Position numbers and translations under genes: made by a program. A stretch of 64,000 nt of DNA, from the IMG/VR virus record IMGVR_UViG_3300030616_000569, one strand, 5' to 3'. The stretch comes from a virus (Duplodnaviria > Heunggongvirae > Uroviricota > Caudoviricetes). The notes under the pieces were generated by a model, which saw only the letters and a program-made list of their open reading frames with translations, did no database searches and was not told where the DNA came from. Positions 1-10,400 of the stretch are shown here, in pieces. How positions within the stretch are numbered: position 1 is the stretch's first letter; every line of letters starts with the position of its first letter.

Positions 1-37
1 TATACAAAGAAAATATCGGTATGATCGTGATAAAGCC

Positions 38-634
38 ATGGAACTTGGTGGAGCATCACTGCTTTCAGATGATGCTAGAACTGAAGAATTCCATATTGAT
101 CCAAGAAGTGGTTATCATGAGTATACGATACCGATAGAAGAATTTAAAGATCTTGTGATGTCTGATAAACTAATTGCTGTTGATATTGGAGGTGAAGCGT
201 CTGATATCCATAAAGTCCCAGGTGTTTTATTCACTGAAGAGGGATATGTGGTAAGGTCTCCATGGCGTAAAAATATGGAGCCAAAAGAAATTATTGAAAA
301 AAATGATCCGTATTATATCGAAGAAAGTAATGTCCACAAAAGAAAGGATATTCCAATTGTAGAGTCAGAATATTATGACAATTATATAAAGAAACCAGAG
401 TATGTTGAACTATCATCAAAACAAAGATTAAAAGGCGACAGTGCAAAAGAAATCGTGAAGAAATTACAAGATAAATATATGAGTGAGTTACTTATATCAA
501 CAGATAGTAAGAGTGAGGCAAACGAAACGATGAACCTCGTCAAAAATAGATATGCTAATAGATTCAGTGATTTTGCTTTGGTTGAAGGTGATGGATTATA
601 TGAAGTGTATGGTATTAAAGGAGATATTAAATGA
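38..634 (+). CDS. hypothetical protein
   Basis: 198-aa ORF in six-frame track; acidic/Lys-rich, no recognisable motif; TGA stop overlaps next start (ATGA). Confidence 0.5.
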   Translation: MELGGASLLSDDARTEEFHIDPRSGYHEYTIPIEEFKDLVMSDKLIAVDIGGEASDIHKVPGVLFTEEGYVVRSPWRKNMEPKEIIEKNDPYYIEESNVHKRKDIPIVESEYYDNYIKKPEYVELSSKQRLKGDSAKEIVKKLQDKYMSELLISTDSKSEANETMNLVKNRYANRFSDFALVEGDGLYEVYGIKGDIK

Positions 635-918
635 ATAAGGGATATATCATTGCGTTAATAATACTGCTCTTAATAGTTATATTCGTATCATTTTCTCATG
701 TGTTTGTTATTGTTGATCCCAAATATGATACTGACAATGACAACTCAATAGATATTCAAGATGTGTTTGATACGTATAATCGTATTGGTTCAACAGATCC
801 GATTTACGATGTTGATGACTCTGGAATGGTAACTATCCAAGATGTCTTTGATGTCTATTCAAATATAGGTAATGATCCAGATAATCGTGACATAATAATG
901 GATTGGTTAACAGATTAG
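631..918 (+). CDS. small membrane-anchored dockerin-like protein
   Basis: N-terminal hydrophobic helix (IIALIILLLIVIFV) followed by duplicated Ca-binding F-hand segments DTDNDNSIDIQDVFDTYNRIG and DVDDSGMVTIQDVFDVYSNIG (acidic residues at loop positions 1,3,5,9,12, Gly at 6 in second copy) = type-I dockerin pattern. Confidence 0.55.
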   Translation: MNKGYIIALIILLLIVIFVSFSHVFVIVDPKYDTDNDNSIDIQDVFDTYNRIGSTDPIYDVDDSGMVTIQDVFDVYSNIGNDPDNRDIIMDWLTD

Positions 919-922
919 TAGG

Positions 923-1729
923 TTGATAAAGATGAAAAGAAGTAATAAGATTATTGTAGTGCTTGGTGTTATTGCATTAGTATGCATTGTTTTTTATTGT
1001 TTAACTCAAGTTGAAGAGGTTCCGAATGAACCTATTTGTGGTGATGGAATATGCGACCAAGATTATGAAAATGAATCTAATTGTCCAGATGATTGTGGTT
1101 GTAACAACAATGGCATCTGTGAACCTGATCGTGGCGAAACTGTCGATAATTGTCCTGATTGTGAACCTGATCCAGTGATATGTAATGACAACGAAATATG
1201 TGAACCAGAATTAGGTGAAACAGAAGACAACTGTGGCGACTGTGGTTGCGATGATGACGATGAATGTGAGCCATTGCGTGGTGAAACTAGATTCAATTGT
1301 GAAGATTGTGTTGATAGACCACCTGAAGAAGAAGGTGTTGGTTTTAGATTACCATCACTTGATAAGAAGATTGGTGAAACATTTTGGATCAGTGTGTATG
1401 TAGATCCAGGTGCAGATAATATTGCCACATTTATCCTCGATATGTCATATGATTCTTCTATATTATCATATAAGAAACATGTCGGTGTTAATGACTGGGA
1501 AGATTGGTTCTTTGTTGGTGATACATCTACACTCGGAAAAATACTATTCTGTCAATCAATGGATATAGATGGACAATCACAAAAAGATGTAATATTGCGG
1601 ATTCAATTTATGGCGATAGCAGAGGGCGATGCGCAATTGTCATTCGATTCTGTAGAATTTGAGGATCTAGATTCTGATCCAGTTGATCTTAATGTAAATA
1701 ATGGAACAATTACTATATATGGAATATAG
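923..1729 (+). CDS. surface protein: N-terminal TM, 4 Cys-rich repeats (ICEPxxGETxDNCxDC) and C-terminal cohesin-like beta-sandwich domain
   Basis: Repeats ICGDGICD..NCPDDCG / ICEPDRGETVDNCPDCE / ICEPELGETEDNCGDCG / ECEPLRGETRFNCEDCV; C-terminal ~140 aa (FWISVYVDPGADNIATFILDMSYD...NNGTITIYGI) resembles cohesin modules; adjacent to dockerin gene. Confidence 0.45.
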   Translation: MIKMKRSNKIIVVLGVIALVCIVFYCLTQVEEVPNEPICGDGICDQDYENESNCPDDCGCNNNGICEPDRGETVDNCPDCEPDPVICNDNEICEPELGETEDNCGDCGCDDDDECEPLRGETRFNCEDCVDRPPEEEGVGFRLPSLDKKIGETFWISVYVDPGADNIATFILDMSYDSSILSYKKHVGVNDWEDWFFVGDTSTLGKILFCQSMDIDGQSQKDVILRIQFMAIAEGDAQLSFDSVEFEDLDSDPVDLNVNNGTITIYGI

Positions 1730-1737
1730 GTGAAAAC

Positions 1738-2142
1738 ATGACAAAAAATAACATAAATAGAAAATCAGGCTGGTATAATGAACCAAAACGACATTCTCTT
1801 GCTAGACGTGGTATAAAAACAACAAATAATAAAACTGATATAAAAAAACCTGATTGGGTAGAAGCATATAAAGTAGAATCCCAAGAACCTTACAAGACAT
1901 GGGTGAATGATAAATATGGAGACCTTAGTGTAAGTATCGATTCCAGAGAGCATTTAGAATATGTCGGTGTTTTACCTGAGTTAATGAATTACGATGATTG
2001 GGAATGGTTAGTTTGTTTGGAAAACCAAAGGACTGGTAATACACAATTCTATAAGGCACAAAATGAAAATGATGCTGTTTTAGTCGCAAAAGAATTAATG
2101 GACGATGATATTGCATTGGAACAATTTAGTAGAGGATTTTGA
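1738..2142 (+). CDS. member 1 of N-terminal GW(Y/H)NExxRHSLAxRGI motif family
   Basis: N-term MTKNNINRKSGWYNEPKRHSLARRGIKT; GGTGA SD-like upstream; C-terminus unrelated to paralogs. Confidence 0.7.
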   Translation: MTKNNINRKSGWYNEPKRHSLARRGIKTTNNKTDIKKPDWVEAYKVESQEPYKTWVNDKYGDLSVSIDSREHLEYVGVLPELMNYDDWEWLVCLENQRTGNTQFYKAQNENDAVLVAKELMDDDIALEQFSRGF

Positions 2143-2483
2143 TAAACATGACAAAAAAGTCTGTAAACAATAAAGGCTGGTACAACGAGTCAAAACGACA
2201 CTCATTGGCTTCAAGAGGTATTGAAACAAAGCCATTCAAAACAGAGATAAAATATCCTGATAAATTTGAAGATGTTCCTAGTGTAGAAAGTCTGTCTAAG
2301 ATTAATCGTTCTATTCATGGTGATTTAGTATCAGTGACAACATCTGGTAGATATATATGGAGAAATAGTGATGGTCTCTACAGTATTACTGAAGAAAGAG
2401 ATGGACATGTTTTAATGAAAAATATTTACCCAATCGACATAGTTGAGTTATATGAAGCTTACGAAAATGCTGAATGGAAATAA
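2139..2483 (+). CDS. member 2 of conserved-N-terminal-motif family
   Basis: N-term ..NNKGWYNESKRHSLASRGIET; ATGA overlap with upstream gene. Confidence 0.7.
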   Translation: MINMTKKSVNNKGWYNESKRHSLASRGIETKPFKTEIKYPDKFEDVPSVESLSKINRSIHGDLVSVTTSGRYIWRNSDGLYSITEERDGHVLMKNIYPIDIVELYEAYENAEWK

Positions 2484-2505
2484 TAAAATTACTTAGGGTA
2501 CTAAT

Positions 2506-3012
2506 ATGTCTAAAGGTTGGAGAAATGATTCTCATCGTCATTCTTTGGCTTCAAGAGGAATCCAAAGCACACTAAATGTAGAAACACCAATTTCAATACC
2601 ATCATATTTATGTGAATATAAACCAATCGAGAAAGGTGAGATTGAGCCACTTATTTATCCAGTAATTAAAATCCTTGAAGAGAAAGGATATGAAACAAGA
2701 TACTCATGTCAAGGTCACTCACCAGGTGAATATGGTAGTCAAAACAGAAAATCATATGGTTATGAAGATTGTTATATAACCTTTAGAACTGAACCAGAAC
2801 TTGTTGATTTGTTCGAGAGTTGTGGTTTCGAGATTGAAGAGATCGGTAGACCTCGATTCTCTGAATATACTGCTGATAATTACTCTAATGCAAGGATACA
2901 CCCATCAAAGTATCATTATCCAAAGAGATATATTGATCGTGTAGAATTGTGGGGACATGTCTATGATTTAGCAAGGAAATTACCTGATAGTGATTATAGT
3001 GATAATATATGA
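2506..3012 (+). CDS. member 3 of conserved-N-terminal-motif family
   Basis: N-term MSKGWRNDSHRHSLASRGIQST; Cys/His-rich C-terminal domain. Confidence 0.7.
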   Translation: MSKGWRNDSHRHSLASRGIQSTLNVETPISIPSYLCEYKPIEKGEIEPLIYPVIKILEEKGYETRYSCQGHSPGEYGSQNRKSYGYEDCYITFRTEPELVDLFESCGFEIEEIGRPRFSEYTADNYSNARIHPSKYHYPKRYIDRVELWGHVYDLARKLPDSDYSDNI

Positions 3013-4583
3013 AATATAAAGCATTGATAATTGTGATCATAGTTATAATAAGTTCAATATTCTTATATTCTAATATAGATAACTCTAAATATCAATATCT
3101 TACTTATGAAATGTATCTCCAAGGTGCTGGATCTGTTCCTATCTATGGAAACACAAACACAACAGATATACCACCACCTGGTCTTTACGATAATATTGTG
3201 GATATTGATGATATGGGATCTGTATCAGCTGATTATTTATTAGATGTTCCACCAATACTTTGGAATGACGGTTGTGCACCAACAGCAGTTGGAATGGTTA
3301 TGTATTACTATCATGATGTTTATGACTTAAACACAGTGAAAAATACTGTTGATGACACAGTATCTAGTGTTGAACATTATAATGACTATTCTATACCAAT
3401 AGATGAGCCTGGTGATTTAGAACCAGATAACTCATGGTATTATTCAGATGCACATCCTAATAATTGTATTGCTGATTTTTCTCACACTTCTAGATATATA
3501 GATTCAATGTCATATGGTGAAACAACAATCGAAATGACATTAAGTGGTTTGAATGACTATCTTGTATCTATGGGTTATGATTATGTTACATATGTTAGTT
3601 TTTCATATGAAACAAGTGACAATGATTACATTGTGCAACAACTGATGCATGGTAGACCAGTGCTTCTATACGTTGATGTTGTTGGTAACGATGGTCTCGT
3701 TGATCATGCAATAACGTGTTGTGGTTATGGTTATAATTTTTTCGGTGATCTCTATTTTAAGATATATGACACATGGAGTGAAACACCAGTGAATATATTT
3801 CCAGATGAAATCGGTGATGTAGATAAATGGGGAATCTATAGTGTGATGGTCCCAAATTTCGGTGATATAACAGATTCTGACGGTGATGGTTGGGCTGATG
3901 GTATAGATAACTGTCCTCACACTGCTAATCCATCACAAATTGACTCTGATGGAGATGGAATAGGTAATCTTTGTGATGATATAGATGATACTGACTCAGA
4001 TTCAGATGGTGTTCGTGATGATATAGATAATTGCCCAAACACATATAATCCTGATCAGTATGATATAGATAATGATGGTATCGGTGATTCTTGTGATACA
4101 TGTACAGATTGGGACAATGATGGCTATTGTGATGATACTGATTGTGATGATTATGATAATAAAGTGTTTCCAGGTGCATATGAGATATGTGACGGGAAGG
4201 ACAATGATTGTGATGGATTCATAGATGAGGGATGTGACTCAACAAAAGACACAGACTCAGATGGAGTATTAGATATCAATGACAACTGTCCATATGTTCC
4301 TAATCCAGATCAGTCGGATATTGATGGTGACGGAATAGGTGACAAATGTGATGTTGATGATGGTGATACACCACCTGATGGTCAAATCTATTGCTACAAA
4401 TGTAGTGGTGATGTAAGAATACGAATGTTGCATACTGGTGACAAATGTCCAGATGACTGGGTGGAATATCCATTGACTTGTGGTGACACATATCCGGATA
4501 CTCCAGATACTCCTGGATTTACTATGATTGGATTATTTGTATCTATAATATTGATTGGTATTTTGTTAAGGAGAAGAAGATAA
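3009..4583 (+). CDS. secreted papain/C39-like cysteine peptidase with thrombospondin type-3 (Ca-binding) repeats and PGF-CTERM archaeosortase sorting signal
   Basis: N-terminal signal anchor; putative catalytic Cys in WNDGCAPTAVGMVMYYY and His in LVDHAITCCGYGY; repeats DSDGDGWADGIDNCPHTANPSQIDSDGDGIGNLCDD and DxDNDCDG metal-binding motifs; C-terminus ...DTPGFTMIGLFVSIILIGILLRRRR = PGF + TM + basic tail. Confidence 0.65.
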   Translation: MKYKALIIVIIVIISSIFLYSNIDNSKYQYLTYEMYLQGAGSVPIYGNTNTTDIPPPGLYDNIVDIDDMGSVSADYLLDVPPILWNDGCAPTAVGMVMYYYHDVYDLNTVKNTVDDTVSSVEHYNDYSIPIDEPGDLEPDNSWYYSDAHPNNCIADFSHTSRYIDSMSYGETTIEMTLSGLNDYLVSMGYDYVTYVSFSYETSDNDYIVQQLMHGRPVLLYVDVVGNDGLVDHAITCCGYGYNFFGDLYFKIYDTWSETPVNIFPDEIGDVDKWGIYSVMVPNFGDITDSDGDGWADGIDNCPHTANPSQIDSDGDGIGNLCDDIDDTDSDSDGVRDDIDNCPNTYNPDQYDIDNDGIGDSCDTCTDWDNDGYCDDTDCDDYDNKVFPGAYEICDGKDNDCDGFIDEGCDSTKDTDSDGVLDINDNCPYVPNPDQSDIDGDGIGDKCDVDDGDTPPDGQIYCYKCSGDVRIRMLHTGDKCPDDWVEYPLTCGDTYPDTPDTPGFTMIGLFVSIILIGILLRRRR

Positions 4584-4648
4584 TATGTCACATAGTGATC
4601 TAATAGATATTAGTGATGGTGTATTCAATTTAATGATGAGGATATTAT

Positions 4649-5260
4649 ATGGTAAAAATGACAAATAACAACCGTGGTTGGTACAATGAGTCAAAAAGAC
4701 ATTCTCTCGCTAGACGTGGTATAAAAACAGATTCTAAATTAAGGACTCATTATAGAACAATTGATTTTAATGACGATGGGAGTCCATACGAAAGTAATGA
4801 TTATGATAGCTTTTTTAAATATATCGAAACTAAGAGGATTCAGACACCTGATAGGATGTACCATATGACAAGCAAAGAGAACCTCAAAAAGATATTAGAG
4901 AATGGATTCATTATGCAAGAAATAGATTCAGATGATAATTTTATTGGACGCCCAAATGGTACTTATTTTGCTGGTACAATGACTGGTGCAGTATCAGCAA
5001 CAGCGCATAGGGAACCTGACTCTGTGATGTTAGAAGTTGATACTAGAGATATTGAAATGAAGATGGATCCTATGTATTTCTATTTTTTTGATGGTTGTGG
5101 TAATATATATTCAAAAGAAGAAATTGATGTTAGAATAAAGGAAATACTTGATAGTCCTAATGCTATGTGGACTTACACAAGAGAACCAATAAATAAGGAC
5201 AGGATCATTAAAATATATACGTGGGATGAACTACCAAGACATGTTCAAACAGTTGGTTAA
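4649..5260 (+). CDS. member 4 of conserved-N-terminal-motif family
   Basis: N-term MVKMTNNNRGWYNESKRHSLARRGIKT; 203 aa. Confidence 0.7.
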   Translation: MVKMTNNNRGWYNESKRHSLARRGIKTDSKLRTHYRTIDFNDDGSPYESNDYDSFFKYIETKRIQTPDRMYHMTSKENLKKILENGFIMQEIDSDDNFIGRPNGTYFAGTMTGAVSATAHREPDSVMLEVDTRDIEMKMDPMYFYFFDGCGNIYSKEEIDVRIKEILDSPNAMWTYTREPINKDRIIKIYTWDELPRHVQTVG

Positions 5261-5261
5261 T

Positions 5262-5861
5262 ATGTCTAAAGGTTGGCACCGTGAGCCCTATCGTCATTCC
5301 TTAGCTTCTAAGGGAATCCAAACAAATAAAAATGTAATTACCCCTATCCATAAATTGAATCAGCCAATAGCATCAAGATTTGATGATATTACTGATAATC
5401 CATATATTGATGGGTGGATTCTTAGTGATGGTAGAAAATATGATACTGGACCACATCATATGTCAGTTTCTTCTGCTCTTCCAAAGTCGCAAGAACTTCA
5501 ACAAATGATTGATGATCCATCTATCCCAAATGATGAGTTAAATGAGATTTGGGAAGTTGAATGGGAGCAAATATCAGGTTGGCAACATAATTCTGGTTCT
5601 ATAGTATATGAATTTGAAAATATTGGTTACAAGAACATTCCTGAATACAAAATGAGAATTATAACTGGCGAGAAGCGACCAACGAATGAACAAATTGCAT
5701 TAATAGCATCTTATATACGTGAAGCACAACCATCATATATTCATATCATTCGAGCAGATAAAGGTATGTTCAATGGTGAACCAGAAATGTACACAGGTGA
5801 ATATGAAAAAACCAACCCAAAACCAATTGATTTACAAATAGCAATAAGTAAGTTATGGTAA
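5262..5861 (+). CDS. member 5 of conserved-N-terminal-motif family
   Basis: Track ORF starts 5226 but motif-aligned start MSKGWHREPYRHSLASKGIQT at 5262 lies directly after upstream stop (5258-5260). Confidence 0.65.
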   Translation: MSKGWHREPYRHSLASKGIQTNKNVITPIHKLNQPIASRFDDITDNPYIDGWILSDGRKYDTGPHHMSVSSALPKSQELQQMIDDPSIPNDELNEIWEVEWEQISGWQHNSGSIVYEFENIGYKNIPEYKMRIITGEKRPTNEQIALIASYIREAQPSYIHIIRADKGMFNGEPEMYTGEYEKTNPKPIDLQIAISKLW

Positions 5862-5966
5862 AATATAAAAGAAGGTAGTAAAATGATAGGAACAATATTA
5901 TCAATGAAATATGTAGGAAAAGAAGGGTGGGCAAGATCAATATAATTTTATTAAGGAGAAAGAATT

Positions 5967-6464
5967 ATGTCTAATGGTTGGCACAGAGAATCCAAACGTC
6001 ATAGTTTAGCACGGAAGGGTGTTAAGACTGCAAAAAAGAATGATATTGATCCTAGAATACCGAAGACACCATTAACAAGATATGATATTGAAGATTCTGT
6101 TGAATATGTGAGATCTAATAGAGATGGCAGAATGCCACTTTGGTCGCAACTGATGGCAATATTTTCTGATGATCAAAACCAATTTGAAGTTATTATCAAT
6201 GATTATGGGTGGGAATTATATTCTGATGATGAATTGTTTGGATTTTCATCTAGAAAAAATCCACATAAGACAATTACAATTTCAAACGATAATTCAGTAA
6301 CAATCTTTGACCATGATTTTTTTGGAAAGGATGCAAGGATTGAAGATGCAAAAAATTTTTATCAGATACACAAATTTGATACAGTCATTGAAGCGAATGC
6401 ATTTGCATTCCAACAATTAGCATCTGATATAAAAGAGAAGGATAAATTAAATTATAGGAGATAA
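5967..6464 (+). CDS. member 6 of conserved-N-terminal-motif family
   Basis: N-term MSNGWHRESKRHSLARKGVKT; AGGAG SD upstream. Confidence 0.7.
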   Translation: MSNGWHRESKRHSLARKGVKTAKKNDIDPRIPKTPLTRYDIEDSVEYVRSNRDGRMPLWSQLMAIFSDDQNQFEVIINDYGWELYSDDELFGFSSRKNPHKTITISNDNSVTIFDHDFFGKDARIEDAKNFYQIHKFDTVIEANAFAFQQLASDIKEKDKLNYRR

Positions 6465-6469
6465 ATGTC

Positions 6470-6910
6470 ATGAAAAACAACCGTGGTTGGCACAATGAGT
6501 CAAAACGTCATGCTCTGGCAAGAAAGGGGATTTCAACGAAATCTTCATCTAACACACCAATAAGGACACCTTCGCAAGCACCTTCATATACAGTAGAGTA
6601 TCGGTATCCTATGTATGTCAAATTGGAATTTGATAATTTTCCCGAAAAGAGTTTCATGAAATTGAGAAAATGCATAAATTCATCGGTCGGTGAAGAATAT
6701 ATAACATTTACTGATAGGTGTAGCTTGTATTCAATAGAAAAGCAAATGAATGATTACATTATTATTAGAAGAAATTGCAATAGGATGAATAATATAGTGT
6801 TCATAGATCTGGATTATGAAATCATAGATAGTGCTGATACGTTACAAATGGCACAAATTAAATTGCGTGAACAGACACAACTAGAAATAAATGGAGTGCA
6901 ACATGACTAA
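6470..6910 (+). CDS. member 7 of conserved-N-terminal-motif family
   Basis: N-term MKNNRGWHNESKRHALARKGIST; AGGAG SD upstream. Confidence 0.7.
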   Translation: MKNNRGWHNESKRHALARKGISTKSSSNTPIRTPSQAPSYTVEYRYPMYVKLEFDNFPEKSFMKLRKCINSSVGEEYITFTDRCSLYSIEKQMNDYIIIRRNCNRMNNIVFIDLDYEIIDSADTLQMAQIKLREQTQLEINGVQHD

Positions 6911-7172
6911 AGGATGGAAAGGCGACTCATATAGGCATTCTTTGTCTTCAAGGGGTATACCAAATGCTAGACAAGAGGTCAAGACATATCAAGCGAGATT
7001 TAATCCAGAAGTGCATAACTTAAATCCTCCAGTGACAGAGTGTCCAACATGTGGATCGAAATTTACAAAACGTGGTTTTTCAGATGAGTGTCCACAGTGT
7101 GAATATATAGACGATCAGTTATTTGGTGAAGATCTTCCAAGGAGAAAGCAGGAGAAATTAGAGGTGATTTAA
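6891..7172 (+). CDS. member 8 of conserved-N-terminal-motif family with C-terminal Zn-ribbon
   Basis: ..MTKGWKGDSYRHSLSSRGIPN (probable start at M 6903); CPTCGSKF...CPQCEY zinc ribbon. Confidence 0.6.
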   Translation: MECNMTKGWKGDSYRHSLSSRGIPNARQEVKTYQARFNPEVHNLNPPVTECPTCGSKFTKRGFSDECPQCEYIDDQLFGEDLPRRKQEKLEVI

Positions 7173-7438
7173 TGGGCGGAATACGTGGACTATATATAGG
7201 TAGACCAGCATTAGCTGGCGGAATAACATTCTCGTTATTTCTATTCAGAGCAGTTTATACATATAACAAACATCCAGTTATAGAATTCTTCAATGATCCT
7301 ATCGTTGTGTTTCTGTGTTTTCTAGTAGCTGGTGTTGTCATGACATATCCATACATGAAAGGTTGGAAAGCGATCGTTATAACACCATTGATGGTTGCAC
7401 TGATGCTTTTCTTCGTATATACATACTATATTTTATAA
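7172..7438 (+). CDS. small polytopic membrane protein
   Basis: 88 aa, three hydrophobic helices; ATGA-type overlap with upstream gene. Confidence 0.5.
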   Translation: MGGIRGLYIGRPALAGGITFSLFLFRAVYTYNKHPVIEFFNDPIVVFLCFLVAGVVMTYPYMKGWKAIVITPLMVALMLFFVYTYYIL

Positions 7439-7446
7439 TACAAATG

Positions 7447-7454
7447 TTTAAATA
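7447..7454 (+). promoter_or_regulatory. archaeal TATA-box-like element TTTAAATA upstream of giant-protein gene
   Basis: TTTAAATA about 17-24 nt upstream of 7471 start; the same TTTAAATACTAA motif recurs at 33231 and 34481. Confidence 0.3.
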
Positions 7455-7470
7455 ATGAATAATCGATATT

Positions 7471-10400
7471 GTGATCAATATGAAATATATAATATATATT
7501 TGTATTTTTTTTCTTGCAGCATTCTTTATGATTAGTTCAGATATGATATCAGCGTCTATACCAGATTCACACGATGAAAATACATTATCAATGAATACAT
7601 TTTATAATTCTTTTGAAGAACATGATCAGTTTGTAGATACATCGCCATGTGGTGTAACAGATTCATACCACATGTCATCTTTCTATGATAATTATCTATT
7701 TACAATTGATACAAATTGTGTGTCAAATTATCTTCGTGCATTCCGTATAAACAACGGTGATATGACTCCACTATATGCAAAAGGAACTAGATATGTTGAA
7801 CTCGGATCAAAGATATTAGGTATGAATGCATCACTGTTTTTTGTGTATCAATACCAATGGAATGTAACACAAAATCAACATAGAATCATAGTTATGAAAT
7901 ACAATACGGTGAATTCTTCTTTTTATACATTGGATTCTGTAGATGTTGATTATGAAGTTGATTATATCAGTCTTGGAAAGCATCCAGCACTCGGTTGGTA
8001 TTTTTATCCATTTCTTGATAATGATAGTGGTGGTTATGATAGTGCTTTCTATGTATACAATGGTGTAGATATTTACAAATATCCTGTTGCACAGCAACAT
8101 TACAATACAGAAATAAAAGCAGCCTCTAACTACACGATACCAAATGGTGATGATAGATCAACTCCAATTTTTGTCACTGATTACTCTATTTATAGTCTAG
8201 CATCACTGGGACTAACTTATCAATCTGGTCAACTTGTGCATGGTGGTGTTGGTGCTCATGATATCGAGTGTGTAGATTACCATGTCATTGTTGCAAATGG
8301 TCATTATGTAGAAACATATTATATATATGAAGGAGGAATACCATTTAATTATACAACTTGTGATCTAGGATCTGATGTGAGATCTATAGCATTTCAAAAT
8401 AGCACTGTTGTTGCTTGCACAAGATATGATGGTATTTATGCATTTGATTTGAACAACACTGGTGAGTTGAATGAGATTGCGCATCTCACATATGACGACA
8501 TTGGTGGTGTGCAATTGTTGTCAAATGCAATATACAAATATGATTATGTTATAACAGGATGTCTTAATTTAGCAGCTGGAACAAGTACATCTATATTTTC
8601 GTTTGAGCAATTTGACTCAGATAGAATTGTGACAAAGTCATATGAGAATATAACAACTGAATATTATTCTGTCGTGAACAAGACTTCTCCAATACTGGAG
8701 GTCCCAATGACTTATAATGTATCTGGTATAAATGAAGTTAGAGATCATACAACTGGTGAAACACTTTCAAAATCAAAAAAACTATCTGATGTTGTGAATG
8801 GGACATATTTCTATGATGTTGCATCTAACACTGTTTTTATAGGTACTGAATCAAAAACAATCGGTGATTATACATTTTATTCAGTAAATGCATCAAGAAA
8901 TTATGATCTTGATATTAATTTTCCTCTATACCTAGAAGTTGGTGACTATTATCAAGCAAGTGGATATATAACTGATCCATATGATACATTGATGTCTAAT
9001 TTTGAATATAGGGTGAACATCACTTGTGATGATGAAATTGTCATTGGACCAACATACTATAACTGTTCTGATGGTCTTATAAACATTCTCTTTTCTACCA
9101 ATATATTACCAGCAGATGAGTATATTGTTGCTATAGACTATAGAGATATGTCAAGTGGTGTGACATATACAGATGGTCATACATTTTGGTTATCAACAGA
9201 TCCAGATCCTGGTGTTTATGTTACAAGTAATGTTCATTTTAATTTTTATGATTCTAATAAAGGAACTGGTTTAGAATCAAATTTGTTCAAGATATACACA
9301 TCAACAAATTATAGTAATTTTACTGGTGGTCGTGTTTATCGTGACAACATTAAGTCACAGACGTGGAGCTTGATAAATTACAAAGTGTTAGATTATTTTG
9401 ACAATCAAATATATCCACCAATAAATGAAGGTACTTATACAACTGTTGTTGTTACATCAGTTGATTATTTTATTGATATTCCAATAAACTGGAATACTTA
9501 CTCAATAAAAAATATGAATCATTCAATCATTCGTTTTAATCTGACTAATGGGTCAAGAACAAATTCTGTATATCTTTATCCATATGAACCATATTACATG
9601 TATCTATTAAATGCTACATACACTCTTAACATAACATATTACACTGATGACAAAACAGTGGTTGGATATCTGCAAGAGAATATAACAATAGATGATGATG
9701 ATTTCTATTTTGTTCCTGGATATGATCTTAGGGATGTTATAGAAGATATCAAAAAACTAGAGAATAGGTCGACAATTGTCTTCTCATTTTTTAACACAAA
9801 TGCTGGATTGGGTCTTGATCGTGAAACAATGAAAGTATATGTTAATGGATCTAGATTGATAGGTGATAAATATTACACATACAACGAAAGTGATCTTATC
9901 AATGTTACAGTGCGTGATTACTATAACAACACATTATTCATTCGTAATTATTATATAAATTCAACAGTTGTTTATATAGATGTTGGGCTGACATTCCACT
10001 CTTATGTGTTTGGTAATCTTGACGAAAAATGGTATATGTTATCATTCAAGAAGGATGGTGCAACATATTGGTGGGAACGTCCAATTGTGACAAACAGCAA
10101 TTGTGAATTTTTGTTACCAACTGGCACATATCGCCTTCGTATTTATGACAAGCATTATACAGAGATTTATAACGCATCTGAAGCTATATCGCAGTCAAAA
10201 GGTTATATTATATATGGCGAGAACTTATCGCTTGTAATTGCTGGTTTATCGACTGTAAACGGACATATTTTGACACTCTTAGAGGATTTTGAGCCAGATA
10301 TTGTACAAGTTGGTTGTAATCTTCCAAAGGTATATTCGATATTCGATATTCTAGGATGTTCAAATACACAGAATATCACTGAAATCTGTCCTGCACAAGT

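Noticed and set aside
1063-1428. Minus-strand ORFs listed in the track (1063..1428, 1077..1274, 3666..3920, 3925..4179, 4300..4591, 7831..8100, 10203..10993, 13808..14029, 16546..17081, 23505..23840 etc.)
   Set aside because: All lie antisense inside long, motif-supported + strand genes and are low-complexity (His/Tyr/Ile-rich) shadow ORFs typical of AT-rich DNA
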